Below, piece by piece: positions 21,808-34,076 of a DNA stretch of 64,000 nt (its first letter is position 1; every line of letters starts with the position of its first letter). The stretch is from NCBI RefSeq assembly GCF_009914755.1, contig NC_060933.1, one strand, 5' to 3'. A program made the position numbers and the translations under genes. Below the pieces are notes generated by a model. It searched no databases. It saw only the letters and a program-made list of their open reading frames with translations, and was not told the origin of the DNA. This DNA comes from the human T2T-CHM13v2.0 reference genome, Homo sapiens.

Positions 21808-22751
21808 TGATTGAGTCTGCTGTTGAAGTTCTCTATTGACCTTTTCAGTTCAGTCATTGCATTCCTAATCTGCGGGATTTCTATTTGGGATTTAAAAAAA
21901 TTTATGTTGTCTTTTGTTTCTTTGTTGAACTACTCATTTTGTTCATGTGTTGTTTTTCTGAATATTGTTTAGCTATCTATTTATGTTTTCCTGTAGTTCA
22001 TCAAACTTTCCTAAGAGGATTATTCTGAATTATTTGTTAGACTGTCTATAGATCTCCATCCCTTTCAGGTATTGGAGCTTTATTAGTTTCCTTTGATGGT
22101 GTCATATTCCCTGACTCTTTCCAATTTTCATATTCTTGTGTTTGTTTCTGTGCATTTGTGGAAGTGCTTGCCTTGTCTGGCCTTTACAAATTCACTTTGG
22201 TAGGGATATACCTTAACCATTTGGTCCAACCTGGGGTCTGGACAGACCAGTTGGTAGTGTCACTGGGCAGGTGGGGCTTGCTGTTAATTCTCTAGCTGGG
22301 CAGGACCACTGTCTGTACTCTGAGCTTGGGTGGCTGCTGGATGGACTCTGAAGTCAGGTGGGTCTGCTAGCAGGGCTTGTAGTCAGGCAAGGCTGCTGGC
22401 TGGGCTCTGAGTTCAGGCAGGTTGCTGGCTGGGCTTCTTGGTTGTGTGGTGCCACTAACTGGGCTTCACAATTGCCGCTGGTTGTGGGGTTGCAGGCTGT
22501 GGTCCCTGGCAAGGTGATGCCAATGGTTGGACCCCACAATTAGGTGGAGTGTCTCAGCCTCACCCCTAGGCTCCGGGATTGTCACAAAGGTGTTCTTGTC
22601 TGTGAGTAGTTGCTAGTTGGACTTCGTGTGATGGGAAATAAAGCTGAAAACTTCCTATTCTGACATCTTACTGATGTCACTAACACCTTCAGTGTTTTTA
22701 CTTTTAGCCATTCTAATAGATATGCAGTAGTATAGTATCTCATTGTTTTAA

Positions 22752-23052
<301 letters not shown>

Positions 23053-24045
23053 TTAATTGCTTTTTAAAAACTTCCTTAATGACATATAATGTTGGACATA
23101 TTTTCATATGCTTATTTGCTATCTGTGTATCTTCTTCAGTGAAGTGTCTGTTCAGATCTGTGGCCTAATTTTCAGTTGGGTTGTTTATTGTCTCATTATT
23201 GAGTTTAAGAGGCCTTTGTATACTTTGGATACCAGTCCTTTAACAGATATATGTTTTGCAAATGTTTTTTCTAGTCTGTGATTTTTTTTATTGTCATGAT
23301 CTTTTGCAAAGCTTATATTTTTGATTTTACTGAAGTCCAACTTATCAATGTACTCTTTCATGGATTGTGTCTTTGGTGTGGCATCTAAACACTAAATCCA
23401 AGGACACTTAGGTTTTCTTCTATATTACCTTCTAGGAATTTTATAATTTAGCATTTTACAATTAGGCCTATGATCCATTTTGAGTTAATTTTTGTAAAAA
23501 GTGTAAGGCCTATGTCTGGATCCTTATTTTTCCTGTGAATGTCCTATTGTTTCAACCTAATTTGTTGAAAACACTATCCTTTCTTCACTGAAATGTTTTT
23601 GCTCCTTTGTTAAAGATCAGATGACTGTATTTACGTGGGTCTGTTTCTGGGATCTGGATTCTGTTCCACTGATCTATTTATTTCTTCTTCTGCCAATACC
23701 ATATTGTTTTTATTACTTTAGCTTTATAGTAAGTCTTGAAATTAGTTTGTGTCCTTCAGCTTTGCTGTTTTATAATATTGTCTTGGCTATTCTGGGTCTC
23801 TTGCCCCTCCATATAAACTTTAGAGTCTTATTGTTATTATCCACACAATAGCTTGCTGAGATTATAATTGGGATTATGTTGAATCTATAGATCAGTTGGG
23901 AAGAACTGACATTTTGACAATATTAAATCTTTCTATTTATGTACATGAAATATCTCTCCATTTATTTAGGTATTCTTTGACTTTCATCATAGTTTTGTAG
24001 TTTTTGTGCAATTCATATAGGTCTTGTACATATTTTGTTAGGTTT

Positions 24046-24578
24046 TGTTTTGAAAGCCCCTAGCTAAATTGGTGTTCCAGTACCACAGTGGCTAGTAACT
24101 CTACCCTAACAAGAAATGAAGGGTAGTAGATGGGGGTGTTTATAGTGTGCCTTTCATGCGATACTTATTTTACCTGGTAGACAGCCTAATGCCTCATTTT
24201 CTGACCTATGAACAGTGTCCCTCACACAGGAAACTTGTTTACCTTAGCAGATGACCTTGTGGTTCTTGTTTGACCTTGTCCAATTTATGCCTACCTGACT
24301 ATTGCTTTGGTGCTGCGAGCCCAACCTTGTGTTCTCCTCAGTTTCCCATGGAAAACCCAGCCTGGGGTAGCCCTTGGTTCTTCAGATGGAAGGCACAAAT
24401 TCAGATTGAAGGCTCATCTGCTTAAAGGAAGCAGCAGAACAAACAGAGAGCCCAGGCTGCTAGGCAGGAGAGATACCTATAAGTTTTTATCTCTGGCCAC
24501 TGGCTTGAGCAATTTGAGTGTGGTGTTCTATTTCTAATGCCTAAACATGGCAACCTTTGCTGTGCCATTTCCATTACA
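24046..24578 (-). mobile_element. Solo ERVL-type LTR (MER54/73/74 group)
   Basis: TG...CA termini; 5-bp TSD GGTTT/GATTT; interrupts the L1 at TTGTTAG|ATTTATACC; CCCTCACACAGGAAACTTGTTTA motif. Confidence 0.65.
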
Positions 24579-25789
24579 GATTTATACCCAAGGACTTCAC
24601 TTTTTGATGATAATAAAACAATATTGTGTTTTTAATATTCAATTTCAGTGTTCATTGTTGCTATGTAAGAAAGCAATTAACTTTTAAAAAAAATTATTAC
24701 CTTGCATTCTGCAACTTGCCTGTAGGTTAATTCTCCTGTGGATCCTTGGCTGAGGAAAGCTGTGATGAGAAAGCCCTGGGAACTGAATTAGGTCTTCTGA
24801 GACTTCTGAGCCAGTCATTCATTCAACAGAAAATTATTTACCACTTCTCTATGACAAGGTACTGTGGGAGGCTATGGATGCAGGATTCCTACCCTGGAGA
24901 GGTGAATAGCACCATAGGCATTGCTAATGTCAAGTTTGCGCACGCTATCAGAGGGGAAGAGAAAGAATTTCCAGGTATGAGGGAAGACTCTTCTTCCTCT
25001 TAGATGTCTCACTAAGAGGAGAGCATAGTGGCCCCAGAAAATTAAGCTGACTGGGTGCCACTAGGAAGATATTTTCCTAGTCTGTATTTTCCAGGGCAGA
25101 ACATTAAAAATTGTTTTCCTCCAATATATATTTTTATGGAAGACAAAGATCAGAATTATAATGACCAGAAGAGATGGTGAATTAGAATGAATCTCATCTT
25201 CAGTGCTATTGATTTTGTTCAGGAAGCTAACCTCCAGATAAGGGTCACAGTATGCCTTGGTAAGACATTGGAAATATCAATTCATTTAATGAGACACACA
25301 AGTTAGGAATAATTATGAAAATATATTTGCATAATGTGAAATAATCTTAAGTGCATGTGAAAATACATTCAAAATGCCACAAAGTATTAACTGAACATAT
25401 TGTCTGTGTAGGTTTTTTTCTACTAGTCATTTGTTCTTTATTCATTTTGTTTTCTACCAGTTCTCAGTGGATAATTGGTACCAAGCTTCTAAATTTAAGA
25501 AAAATTTAGGAGAGAAAAACTTAAAATAAAGAAAATTTTATCCATATTGTATATGTATGAGTACTTGGTAAGAAATTGGCATAATTTAATTTTAGCAGCA
25601 GGACACCTTGTTCAGGATAGAGAGAAAGGGCTTTATTTGAAAACTACTAATCTGAAAATCATGGAGGAGGATCATGTAGGAAATTCTCCTGAAATGGCAG
25701 AAACCCTCTCTTTATCTCTTGCCTGCAAGTCATTCTTTATTCCATCCTATGGGGAACTTCATTCTGAACCCTCATTGCCTCACTCTGTA

Positions 25790-25990
25790 ATGGAAAAGCA
25801 GAGGGGGAAAACCCAGTCAACTAAACGTTCAAGATCTGGTCTCAGCTGCATCATTACCTGGTTACTCTGGGCAAGTAAAAGATTGTTTTTGCTTCATTTT
25901 TCTCATCCACATAAAAGAAATAATACCTCCTTGCTGACATCACATTAATTTTTTCCATGAAAATAAAATGAACCAATGAATAAAGATGAA
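25790..25990 (+). mobile_element. MIR fragment
   Basis: GTTCAAGATCTGGTCTC...ACTCTGGGCAAGT...CTTCATTTTTCTCATCCACATAAAAG. Confidence 0.5.
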
Positions 25991-26061
25991 TTAATTTGGC
26001 TGCTTGAGGATTACGTGTTCATTGTTCTATCTTTTCCTGGGTCATAAGATGATGAGTTCCT

Positions 26062-29000
26062 GATGGTAGACAGCCTCCATGGTGGTTCCCAACCTCCCAA
26101 GATTCCCACCTCCAAAGATTCATGCCCCTGTGGGTTACTTTCTGGATTGTTCTGTGTGACCAATAGAATATGGCAGGAGTGATGACATATCACTTTTTAT
26201 TCTAGGCTATAAAAGGCTCTGCTGCTTCTGTCTTGTTTTTTTTTTTCTCTCTCTCTTTCTGATCACTTGCTCTGGGAGAAGCCAGCTGCCATTTCATTAA
26301 AAGTCTATCATGTTAGTCTACTTGCATTGCTATAAAGAAAACCAGAGGCTGGGTAATTTATAAAGAAAAGATGTTTATGTAGCTCATGGTTCTGCAGGCT
26401 GTACAGGAAGCATGGTGCCAGCATCTACTTTTGGTGAGGGCCTCAGGGAGCTTCTGATTATAGCAGAAAGTGAAGGCGGGGGGCAACGTGTCACATGATG
26501 AGAGATGGAGCAAGAGACAAAAAGGGTGCCACACTCTTTTAAACAACCAGATCTTGTGTGAAATCAGAGTGAGAACTCACTCATTACTGTGAGGAGGACA
26601 CTAAGCCATTCATGAGGGATCCAACCCCAAGATTCAAACCCTCCCACTAGGCCCACCTTCAACACTGGGGATCACATTTCAACATGGGAGGATTTGGAGG
26701 GGACAAACCATATCATTCTGCCCCCAGCCCTCCAAATCTCATGTTCTCTCACATGGCAGAAAACAATAATCCCTTCTCAATAGTCCCCCAAAGTCTTAAC
26801 TTATTCCAGCATTAACTCAACAGTCTCAAGTTCAAAGTCCTAAGTCTCATCAGAGACTCAAGGCAAGTTTTTTTCTACCTATGAGCCTGTAAAATTATAA
26901 AAACAAGTTATTTACTTACAAGATACAATGATGGAACAGGTATTGGGTGAAGATTTCCATTCCAAAAGGAAAAAAATTGGCCAAAAGAAAGGGGCAACAT
27001 GACCCACACAAGTCTGAAACCCAGCAGGAGAGACATTAAACCTTAAAGCTCCAACATAATCTTCCTTGACACCACGTCCAACATGCTGGGCACAGTGGTG
27101 CAAGGTGTGGGTTCCCAAGGCCCTAGTAGTTCTGCCACTGTGATTTTGCAGGGTGCAACCCCTCTGGCTGCTCTCATGGGTTGGAGTTGAATGCCTGGAG
27201 CTTTTCTAGGCTCTGGGTGTAAGCTGCTGATGGCTGTACCATTTTCCGGTCTGGAGGGCAGTGGCTGCTTTCTCACAGCTCCACTAACCAGTGTCCTGGT
27301 GGTGGAGACTCTGTGTGGGGGCTCCAACCCCATATTTCCCTTCAGCACTTCTTCAGTAGAGTCTCTCTGTGGGGGATCCACCCCTGTTGCAGGCATCTGC
27401 CTGGGCACTCAGGCTTTCCAATACATCCTCTGAAATCTAGGAGGAAGCTTCCAAGCCTCCTTCACTTCTGCATTCTGCACATCTGCAGGCTTAACACCAT
27501 GTGGAAGCCACCAAGGTTTATGGCTTGTGCCATTTGGAGTTGTGGCCTGAACTGTATCTGTGGTCCTTTTCACTGAGGCTGTTGATGGAACTACCAGGAT
27601 TCTGGGAGCAGGGCAACGGAGCCCTGGGCCTGGCCCCGGAAACTATTCTTTCCTCCTGGGCCTCTAGGTCTGTGATGGGAGGGTCTGCCTCAGAGATTCT
27701 GAAATGCCTTCAAGCACTTTTTTCTGTTGTCTTGACTATTAGCACTTGGTTCTCTTGCAGCTACGTTAGTCTCTCTAAAAAGTGGTTGTTCCTTAGCCTG
27801 CTTGGATTCTTCCCCTGAAAATGCTCTTTTCTTCTCTACCACATAGCCAGGCTGCAGATTTTCCAAATTTTTACACTATGCTTCCCTTATAATGACAAGT
27901 TCCAACTTCAGTTTTTCCTCTGCTTCCATATCTTATCTTAGATTGTTAGAAGAAGCTAGGGCAAATCTTGAATGCTTTGCTGCTTAGAAATTTCTTCTGC
28001 CAGATATGCTAAGTCATCACTCTTAAGTTCAACCTTTCATAAAACTGTAGGACATGGACACAATGAAGCAAAGCTCTTTGCTAGGGTACAATAAGGGTGA
28101 CCTTTGCTCTAGCTCCCAGTAACTTCTTCATTTTTGTCTGGGACCTTATCAGCTTGGCCTTCACTATCTATATTTCTTTTTTTTTTTTAATTTTGTTTGT
28201 TCTTATAGTTTCTTGTTGGAAAAACACTGTCTGTATTTCTATCAGTACCTTGATCACAACCAGTTAACCAGTCTCTAAGAAGTTCCAAACTTTCTCTTGT
28301 CTTCCTGTCTTCTTCTGAGCCCTCCAAACTCTTCTAGTGTCTGTCTGTTACCCAGCTTCAAAGCTGCTTCCACATCTTCAAGTATCTTTATAGCAACATC
28401 CCACTCCTCGGTAACAATTTTCTGTGTTAGTCCACTTGTGTTGCTATAAAGAAATACCAGAAGCTGGGTAATTTATAAAGAAAAGAGGTTTATTTTGGCT
28501 CATGATTCTGCAGGATGTACAGGAAACATGGTGTTGGCATCTGCTTCTGGTGAGGGCCTCAGCAAGCTTCTAATGATGGTGGAATGTGAAGAGGGAGCAG
28601 CGTGTCACATGTTGAGAGAGGGAGCAAGAGAAAGGGAGGAGAGAGCTGCCTGGCTCTTTGAAGTGACCACATCTTATGTGAAATTGAGTGAGAACTTACT
28701 CATTACTGCAAGGAGGGCACTAAGCCATTCATGAGGGATCCACCTCCATGACCCAAACACCTTTCACCAGGTCCACCTCCAACATCGGGGATCACATTTC
28801 AACATGAGATTTGGAGGGCATGCACACGCCAACCATATTACCTATGGGGGAGTCAACATAATGAGAAACTGAGGCCTCTTACCAATGGCATGTGAATGAC
28901 TTGAAGTGGCTGTTTCTTGGAAGCAGATCTTCCAGCCCTAGTCAAGCCTTCAGATAACTGCAGTCCTGGCCAACAACTTGACTGAAACCTCATAAGACAG

Positions 29001-29135
29001 CCTGAGTCAGAAAGACCCAAATAAACCACTCCAAGATTTTTGACTGTCAGGAACTTTGTGAGTTAATAGATAATTGTTTCTTTTAGTTGCTAAGTTTTGG
29101 AGGTAATTTGTTATGCAGCAATAGGTAACTAACGA
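26062..29135 (+). mobile_element. MLT1E/F-like MaLR LTR split by the MSTB provirus
   Basis: TGACCAATAGAATATGGCAGGAGTGATG...GCTCTGGGAGAAGCCAGCTGCCAT; resumes at 28841; ends TAATTTGTTATGCAGCAATAGGTAACTAA. Confidence 0.8.
26309..28840 (-). mobile_element. Complete MSTB-like ERVL-MaLR provirus (LTR 26309-26715, internal 26716-28422, LTR 28423-28840)
   Basis: Two homologous ~410-bp LTRs (TGTTAGTC...AACCATAT(C/T)A) flank a ~1.7 kb MaLR internal region; 5-bp TSD (T/C)CTAT; MaLR ORF remnant GNMGLEPPHRV. Confidence 0.9.
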
Positions 29136-29454
29136 ATACCCCAAGTACAAAAATATATGTATTTGCCCATGGAATCCAACCCAGTGCTGGTCACATGGAG
29201 GGCATGGAATTCAACAAATACTTGAAAAACAAACTGAAATTAAAGGGAAGAATGACAGGGAAGCGGAATGTATGCAGGCACACTTGCCATTTATCCCCAG
29301 CTAGGAGGCTGGCTGTTTGTCTTACACAGATGGCCAGAATGATGCCATGAAGGTCTTTTCTCCAACTTCCTTGGCCTGATAACAAATGTGCTTCCAGGTG
29401 TGACAGCCTGAGCCATTGTTTCAAATGAGCCCAGCCTTCTTCCCCTCTCTTTTG

Positions 29455-29569
29455 AAAAAAGCTCTCACTTTATTGAGGTATAATTGTAGCACAAAAACTG
29501 TATTTAATTAATGTATACAATCTGATGAATTTGGAGATAAATATATGCCCATGAAACCATCCCACAATC
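29455..29569 (-). mobile_element. L1MB-type 3' fragment (SVA target site)
   Basis: CTTTATTGAGGTATAATTG...ATGTATACAA...CCCATGAAACCATC. Confidence 0.6.
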
Positions 29570-32500
29570 GGATCCGGTCTCTCCCTCTCCCTCTCCCTCT
29601 CCCTCTCCCTCTCCCTCTCCCTCTGTCTCCCTCTCCCCACGGTCTCCCTCTCATGCGGAGCCGAAGCTGGACTGTACTGCTGCCATCTCGGCTCACTGCA
29701 ACCTCCCTGCCTGATTCTCCTGCCTCAGCCTGCCGAGTGCCTGCCATTGCAGGCACGCGCCGCCACGCCTGACTGGTTTTGGTGGAGACGGGGTTTCGCT
29801 GTGTTGGCTGGGCCGGTCTCCAGCCCCTAACCGTGAGTGATCCCGCCAACCTCAGCCTCCCGAGGTGCCGGGATTGCAGACGGAGTCTCGTTCACTCAGT
29901 GCTCAATGGTGCCCAGGCTGGAGTGCAGTGGCGTGATCTCGGCTCACTACAACCTACACCTCCCAGCCGCCTGCCTTGGCCTCCCAAAGTGCCGAGATTG
30001 CAGCCTCTGCCCGGCCGCCACCCCGTCTGGGAAGTGAGGAGTGTCTCTGCCTGGCCGCCCATCGTCTGGGATGTGAGGAGCCCCTCTGCCTGGCTGCCCA
30101 GTCTGGAAAGTGAGGAGCGTCTCCGCCCGGCCGCCATCCCATCTAGGAAGTGAGGAGCGCCTCTTCCCAGCCGCCATCACATCTAGGAAGTGAGGAGCGT
30201 CTCTGCCTGGCCGCCCATCGTCTGAGATGTGGGGAGCGCCTCTGCCCCGCCGCCCCATCTGGGATGTGAGGAGCGCCTCTGCCTGGCCGAGACCCCGTCT
30301 GGGAGGTGAGGAGCGTCTCTGCCTGGCCGCCCCGTCTGAGAAGTGAGGAGACCCTCTGCCTGGCAACCACCCCGTCTGAGAAGTGAGGAGCCTCTCCGCC
30401 CGGCAGCCACCCCATCTGGGAAGTGAGGAGCATCTCCGCCCGGCAGCCACCCCGTCCGGGAGGGAGGTGGTGGGGGGGTCAACCCCCCGCCCGGCCAGCC
30501 GCCCCATCTGGGAGGGAGGTGGGGGGTCAGCCCCCCCGACCAGCCAGCCGTGCCATCCGGGAGGGAGGTGGGGGGGTCAGCCCCCCACCTGGCCAGCCGT
30601 GCCGTCCGGGAGGGAGGTGGGGGGGTCAGCCCCCCGCCCGGCCAGCCGCCCCATCCGGGAGGTGAGGGGTGCCTCTGCCCGGCCGCCCCTACTGGGAAGT
30701 GAGGAGCCCCTCAGCCCAGCCAGCCACCCCGTCCGGGAGGGAGATGGGGGGGTCAGCCCCCCCACCCGGCCAGCTGCCCCGTCCGGGAGGGAGGTGGGGG
30801 GGTAAGCCCCCCGCCTGGCCAGCCGCCCCGTCCGGGAGGGAGGTGGGGGGGTCAGCCCTCCGCCCGGCCAGCCGCCCCGTCTGGGAGGTGAGGGGCACCT
30901 CTGCCCGGCCGCCCCTACTGGGAAGTGATGAGCCCCTCTGCCCGGCCAGCCGCCCCGTCCGGGAGGGAGGTGGGGGGGTCAGCCCCCCGCCCGGCCGGCC
31001 GCCCTGTCCGGGAGGGAGGTGGGGGGGTCAGCCCCCCGCCTGGCCAGCCGCCCTGTCCGGGAGGGAGGTGGGGGGGTCAGCCCTCCGCCCGGCCAGCTGC
31101 CCCGTCTGGGAGGTGAGGGGCGCCTCTGCCCGGCCGCCCCTACTGGGAAGTGAGGAGCCCCTCTGCCCGGCCAGCCGCCCCGTCCGGGAGGGAGGTGGGG
31201 GGGCAAGCCCCCCGCCTGGCCAGCCGCCCCGTCCGGGAGGGAGGTGGGGTGGTCAGCCCTCCGCCCGGCCAGCCGCCCCGTCTGGGAGGTGAGGGACGCC
31301 TCTGCCCGGCCGCCCCTACTGGGAAGTGAGGAGCCCCTCTGCCCGGCCAGCCGCCCCGTCCGGGAGGGAGGTGGGGGGGTAAGCCCCCCGCCTGGCCAGC
31401 CGCCCCGTCCGGGAGGGAGGTGGGGGTGTCAGCCCTCCGCCCGGCCAGCCGCCCCGTCCGGGAGGTGAGGGGCGCCTCTGCCCGGCCGCCCCTACTGGGA
31501 AGTGAGGAGCCCCTCTGCCCGGCCAGCCGCCCCGTCCGGGAGGGAGGTGGGGGGGTCAGCCCCCCGCCCGGCCGGCCGCCCTGTCCGGGAGGGAGGTGGG
31601 GGGGTCAGCCCCCCGCCTGGCCAGCCGCCCTGTCCGGGAGGGAGGTGGGGGGGTCAGCCCTCCGCCCGGCCAGCCGCCCCGTCTGGGAGGTGAGGGGCAC
31701 CTCTGCCCGGCCGCCCCTACTGGGAAGTGAGGAGCCCCTCTGCCCGGCCAGCCGCCCCGTCCGGGAGGGAGGTGGGGGTGTCAGCCCCCCGCCCGGCCAG
31801 CCGCCCCGTCCGGGAGGGAGGTGGGGGGGGGTCAGCCCCCCCGCCCGGCCAGCCGCCCCGTCCGGGAGGTGAGGGGCACCTCTGCCCGGCCACCCCTACT
31901 GGGAAGTGAGGAGCCCCTCTGCCCGGCCAGCCGCCCCGTCCGGGAGGGAGGTGGGGGTGTCAGCCCCCCGCCTGGCCAGCCGCCCTGTCCGGGAGGGAGG
32001 TGGGGGTGGTCAGCCCCCCCGCCCGGCCAGCCGCCCCGTCCGGGAGGTGAGGGGCGCCTCTGCCCGGCCGCCCCTACTGGGAAGTGAGGAGCCCCTCTGC
32101 CCGGCCACCACCCCGTCTGGGAGGTGTGCCCAACAGCTCATTGAGAACGGGCCAGGATGACAATGGCGGCTTTGTGGAATAGAAAGGCAGGAAAGGTGGG
32201 GAAAAGATTGAGAAATCGGATGGTTGCCGTGTCTGTGTAGAAAGAAGTAGACATGGGAGACTTTTCATTTTGTTCTGCACTAAGAAAAATTCCTCTGCCT
32301 TGGGATCCTGTTGATCTGTGACCTTACCCCCAACCCTGTGCTCTCTGAAACATGTGCTGTGTCCACTCAGGGTTAAATGGATTAAGGGCGGTGCAAGATG
32401 TGCTTTGTTAAACAGATGCTTGAAGGCAGCATGCTCGTTAAGAGTCATCACCAATCCCTAATCTCAAGTAATCAGGGACACAAACACTGCGGAAGGCCGC

Positions 32501-32654
32501 AGGGTCCTCTGCCTAGGAAAACCAGAGACCTTTGTTCACTTGTTTATCTGCTGACCTTCCCTCCACTATTGTCCCATGACCCTGCCAAATCCCCCTCTGT
32601 GAGAAACACCCAAGAATTATCAATAAAAAAATAAATTAAAAAAAAAAAAAAAAA
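29570..32654 (+). mobile_element. Full-length SVA retrotransposon, young (SVA_F/E-like)
   Basis: (CCCTCT)n head, Alu-like domain with GACTGGTTTTGGTGGAG, GC-rich VNTR, SINE-R, GAATTATCAATAAAAAAATAAATT polyA; perfect TSD GAAACCATCCCACAATC at 29553-29569 and 32655-32671. Confidence 0.98.
30003..32125 (+). repeat. SVA VNTR (~37-50 bp units), CpG-rich with G-runs
   Basis: Recurrent CCGTCCGGGAGGGAGGTGGGGGGGTCAGCCCCCCGCCCGGCCAGCCGCC and CTACTGGGAAGTGAGGAGCCCCTCTG units. Confidence 0.95.
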
Positions 32655-33570
32655 GAAACCATCCCACAATCAATCTGCCTCTTTGTGGACGCAGTTCTAC
32701 ATGTGACCCTGTAGTTAGGGCAGACTTCCAGTGTAACAATCTCAGAAGCCCAAGTGTGGAAAGGCGTGATAATATCACAATGAGGAGGAGGAGGAGGTCA
32801 TTGTATCTTTCAATATAACTGTGTCCATGACTTCCTGTCTCTGTACACACATTTTTCCTTCCCCACCTTTAGTTAGATCCTCTTAATTGCTCTAGTGTGT
32901 TATATGCCATCCAGGGATTTGACCTCATGTAGGGGTGGGAGCTGGTGATGGCAGTCACCTTCATATTTGGTGCTGGAACTTGAAGGTATCTACAGAAAGG
33001 GTACCTGGAAAATAAGATGAATATGAAATGGGGAGAGCAAGAAGGAGCTGAAATGCATCAGCTGGAGCCCGGGAGAACAGATAGAAACTCAGACTCTTTC
33101 TTGTGTTCTCTCTGCCCTTGATGGTCTGCATGTCCTGGAGAAGCCAGGTCTTTCATCACACACAGCTGGCCCAGCAGTCAGAGAAGCTGAAGGAGGATTG
33201 GGGGGAAGGTGGAGCAGCAGGAGGCCTGGCTGTTCCTCACACCAAGGAGGTGCATCCGCAGATGAGGAGTGAATGCCAAGGGCATGTGAATGCCTTGAAG
33301 TGGCTATTTCTTGGAAGCAGATATTATAAGGTGAGTTACAAGATGGTGGCTGCTTCATGTCTCTGCTTCAAATACTGCACTAGAGCCTTTCTTTGGCTCC
33401 CTCTGGCCAGAAACACACGAGAAAGGCAACAGTGGGAATGTGGTTCAGCCTGGCCAACTGGACACCTTACAAAGCTGCCACATCTAGCCCCAAAGAGATT
33501 CTATCAGACAAGGCCAAAATAAAATAAGCCCATTTAATGAAATTGTTTGTTTTAAATTGTACTAGAAAAG

Positions 33571-34076
33571 CAGTAATCAATTTTTCTGGTGTCATGCCTC
33601 TTTGACATTCTTAAAAATAATTGAGGATCCCAAATGGCTTTTGTTTATGTGGATCATAGCTATTGATATATATCCTTTTAGAAATTAAAACAAATAAATC
33701 TAAAAATTAACATTAATTTATTTAAAAATAATAACAAACCATTACATGTTAATATAAATAAAATATTTTCATAAAAATAACTACATTTTCCAAAATAAAG
33801 GCTATTTAGGGAGAAGAATGGCATTGTTTTACATTTTTAAAATATTTTTAATGCCTACCTTAATAGAAGGCAGCTGGATTCTCATAGTTGGCTCTGTACT
33901 CAATCTGTCGTGACGTCACTCATCATGTAGCCTCTGGAAAATTCCACTCTAGACTCATAAGAGGATGAGACAAATAATGTCTTAGTGTTATCATGAAAAT
34001 AGTTTTGACTTCATGAATCTCTTGAAAGGATCTTGGAGACCCCCAGAGTCCCTGGACCATACTTTGAGAACCACTT
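33571..34076. mobile_element. hAT-Charlie family DNA transposon fossil
   Basis: TTGAGGATCCCAAATGGCTTTTGTTTATGTGG internal motif; CCTGGACCATACTTTGAGAACCACT terminus. Confidence 0.7.

Noticed and set aside
25224-25260. 37-nt plus-strand AG...GTAAGA exon-like segment
   Set aside because: Weak polypyrimidine tract, not frame-preserving, and expected by chance in 64 kb.
30400-32100. Regularly spaced repeats resembling a CRISPR array
   Set aside because: The intervening sequences are themselves repeats, there are no cas genes, and the context is a primate SVA.
29508-32634. Many overlapping Pro/Gly/Arg-rich ORFs up to 207 aa
   Set aside because: Artefacts of the stop-poor, GC-rich SVA VNTR and Alu-like domain; no gene structure.
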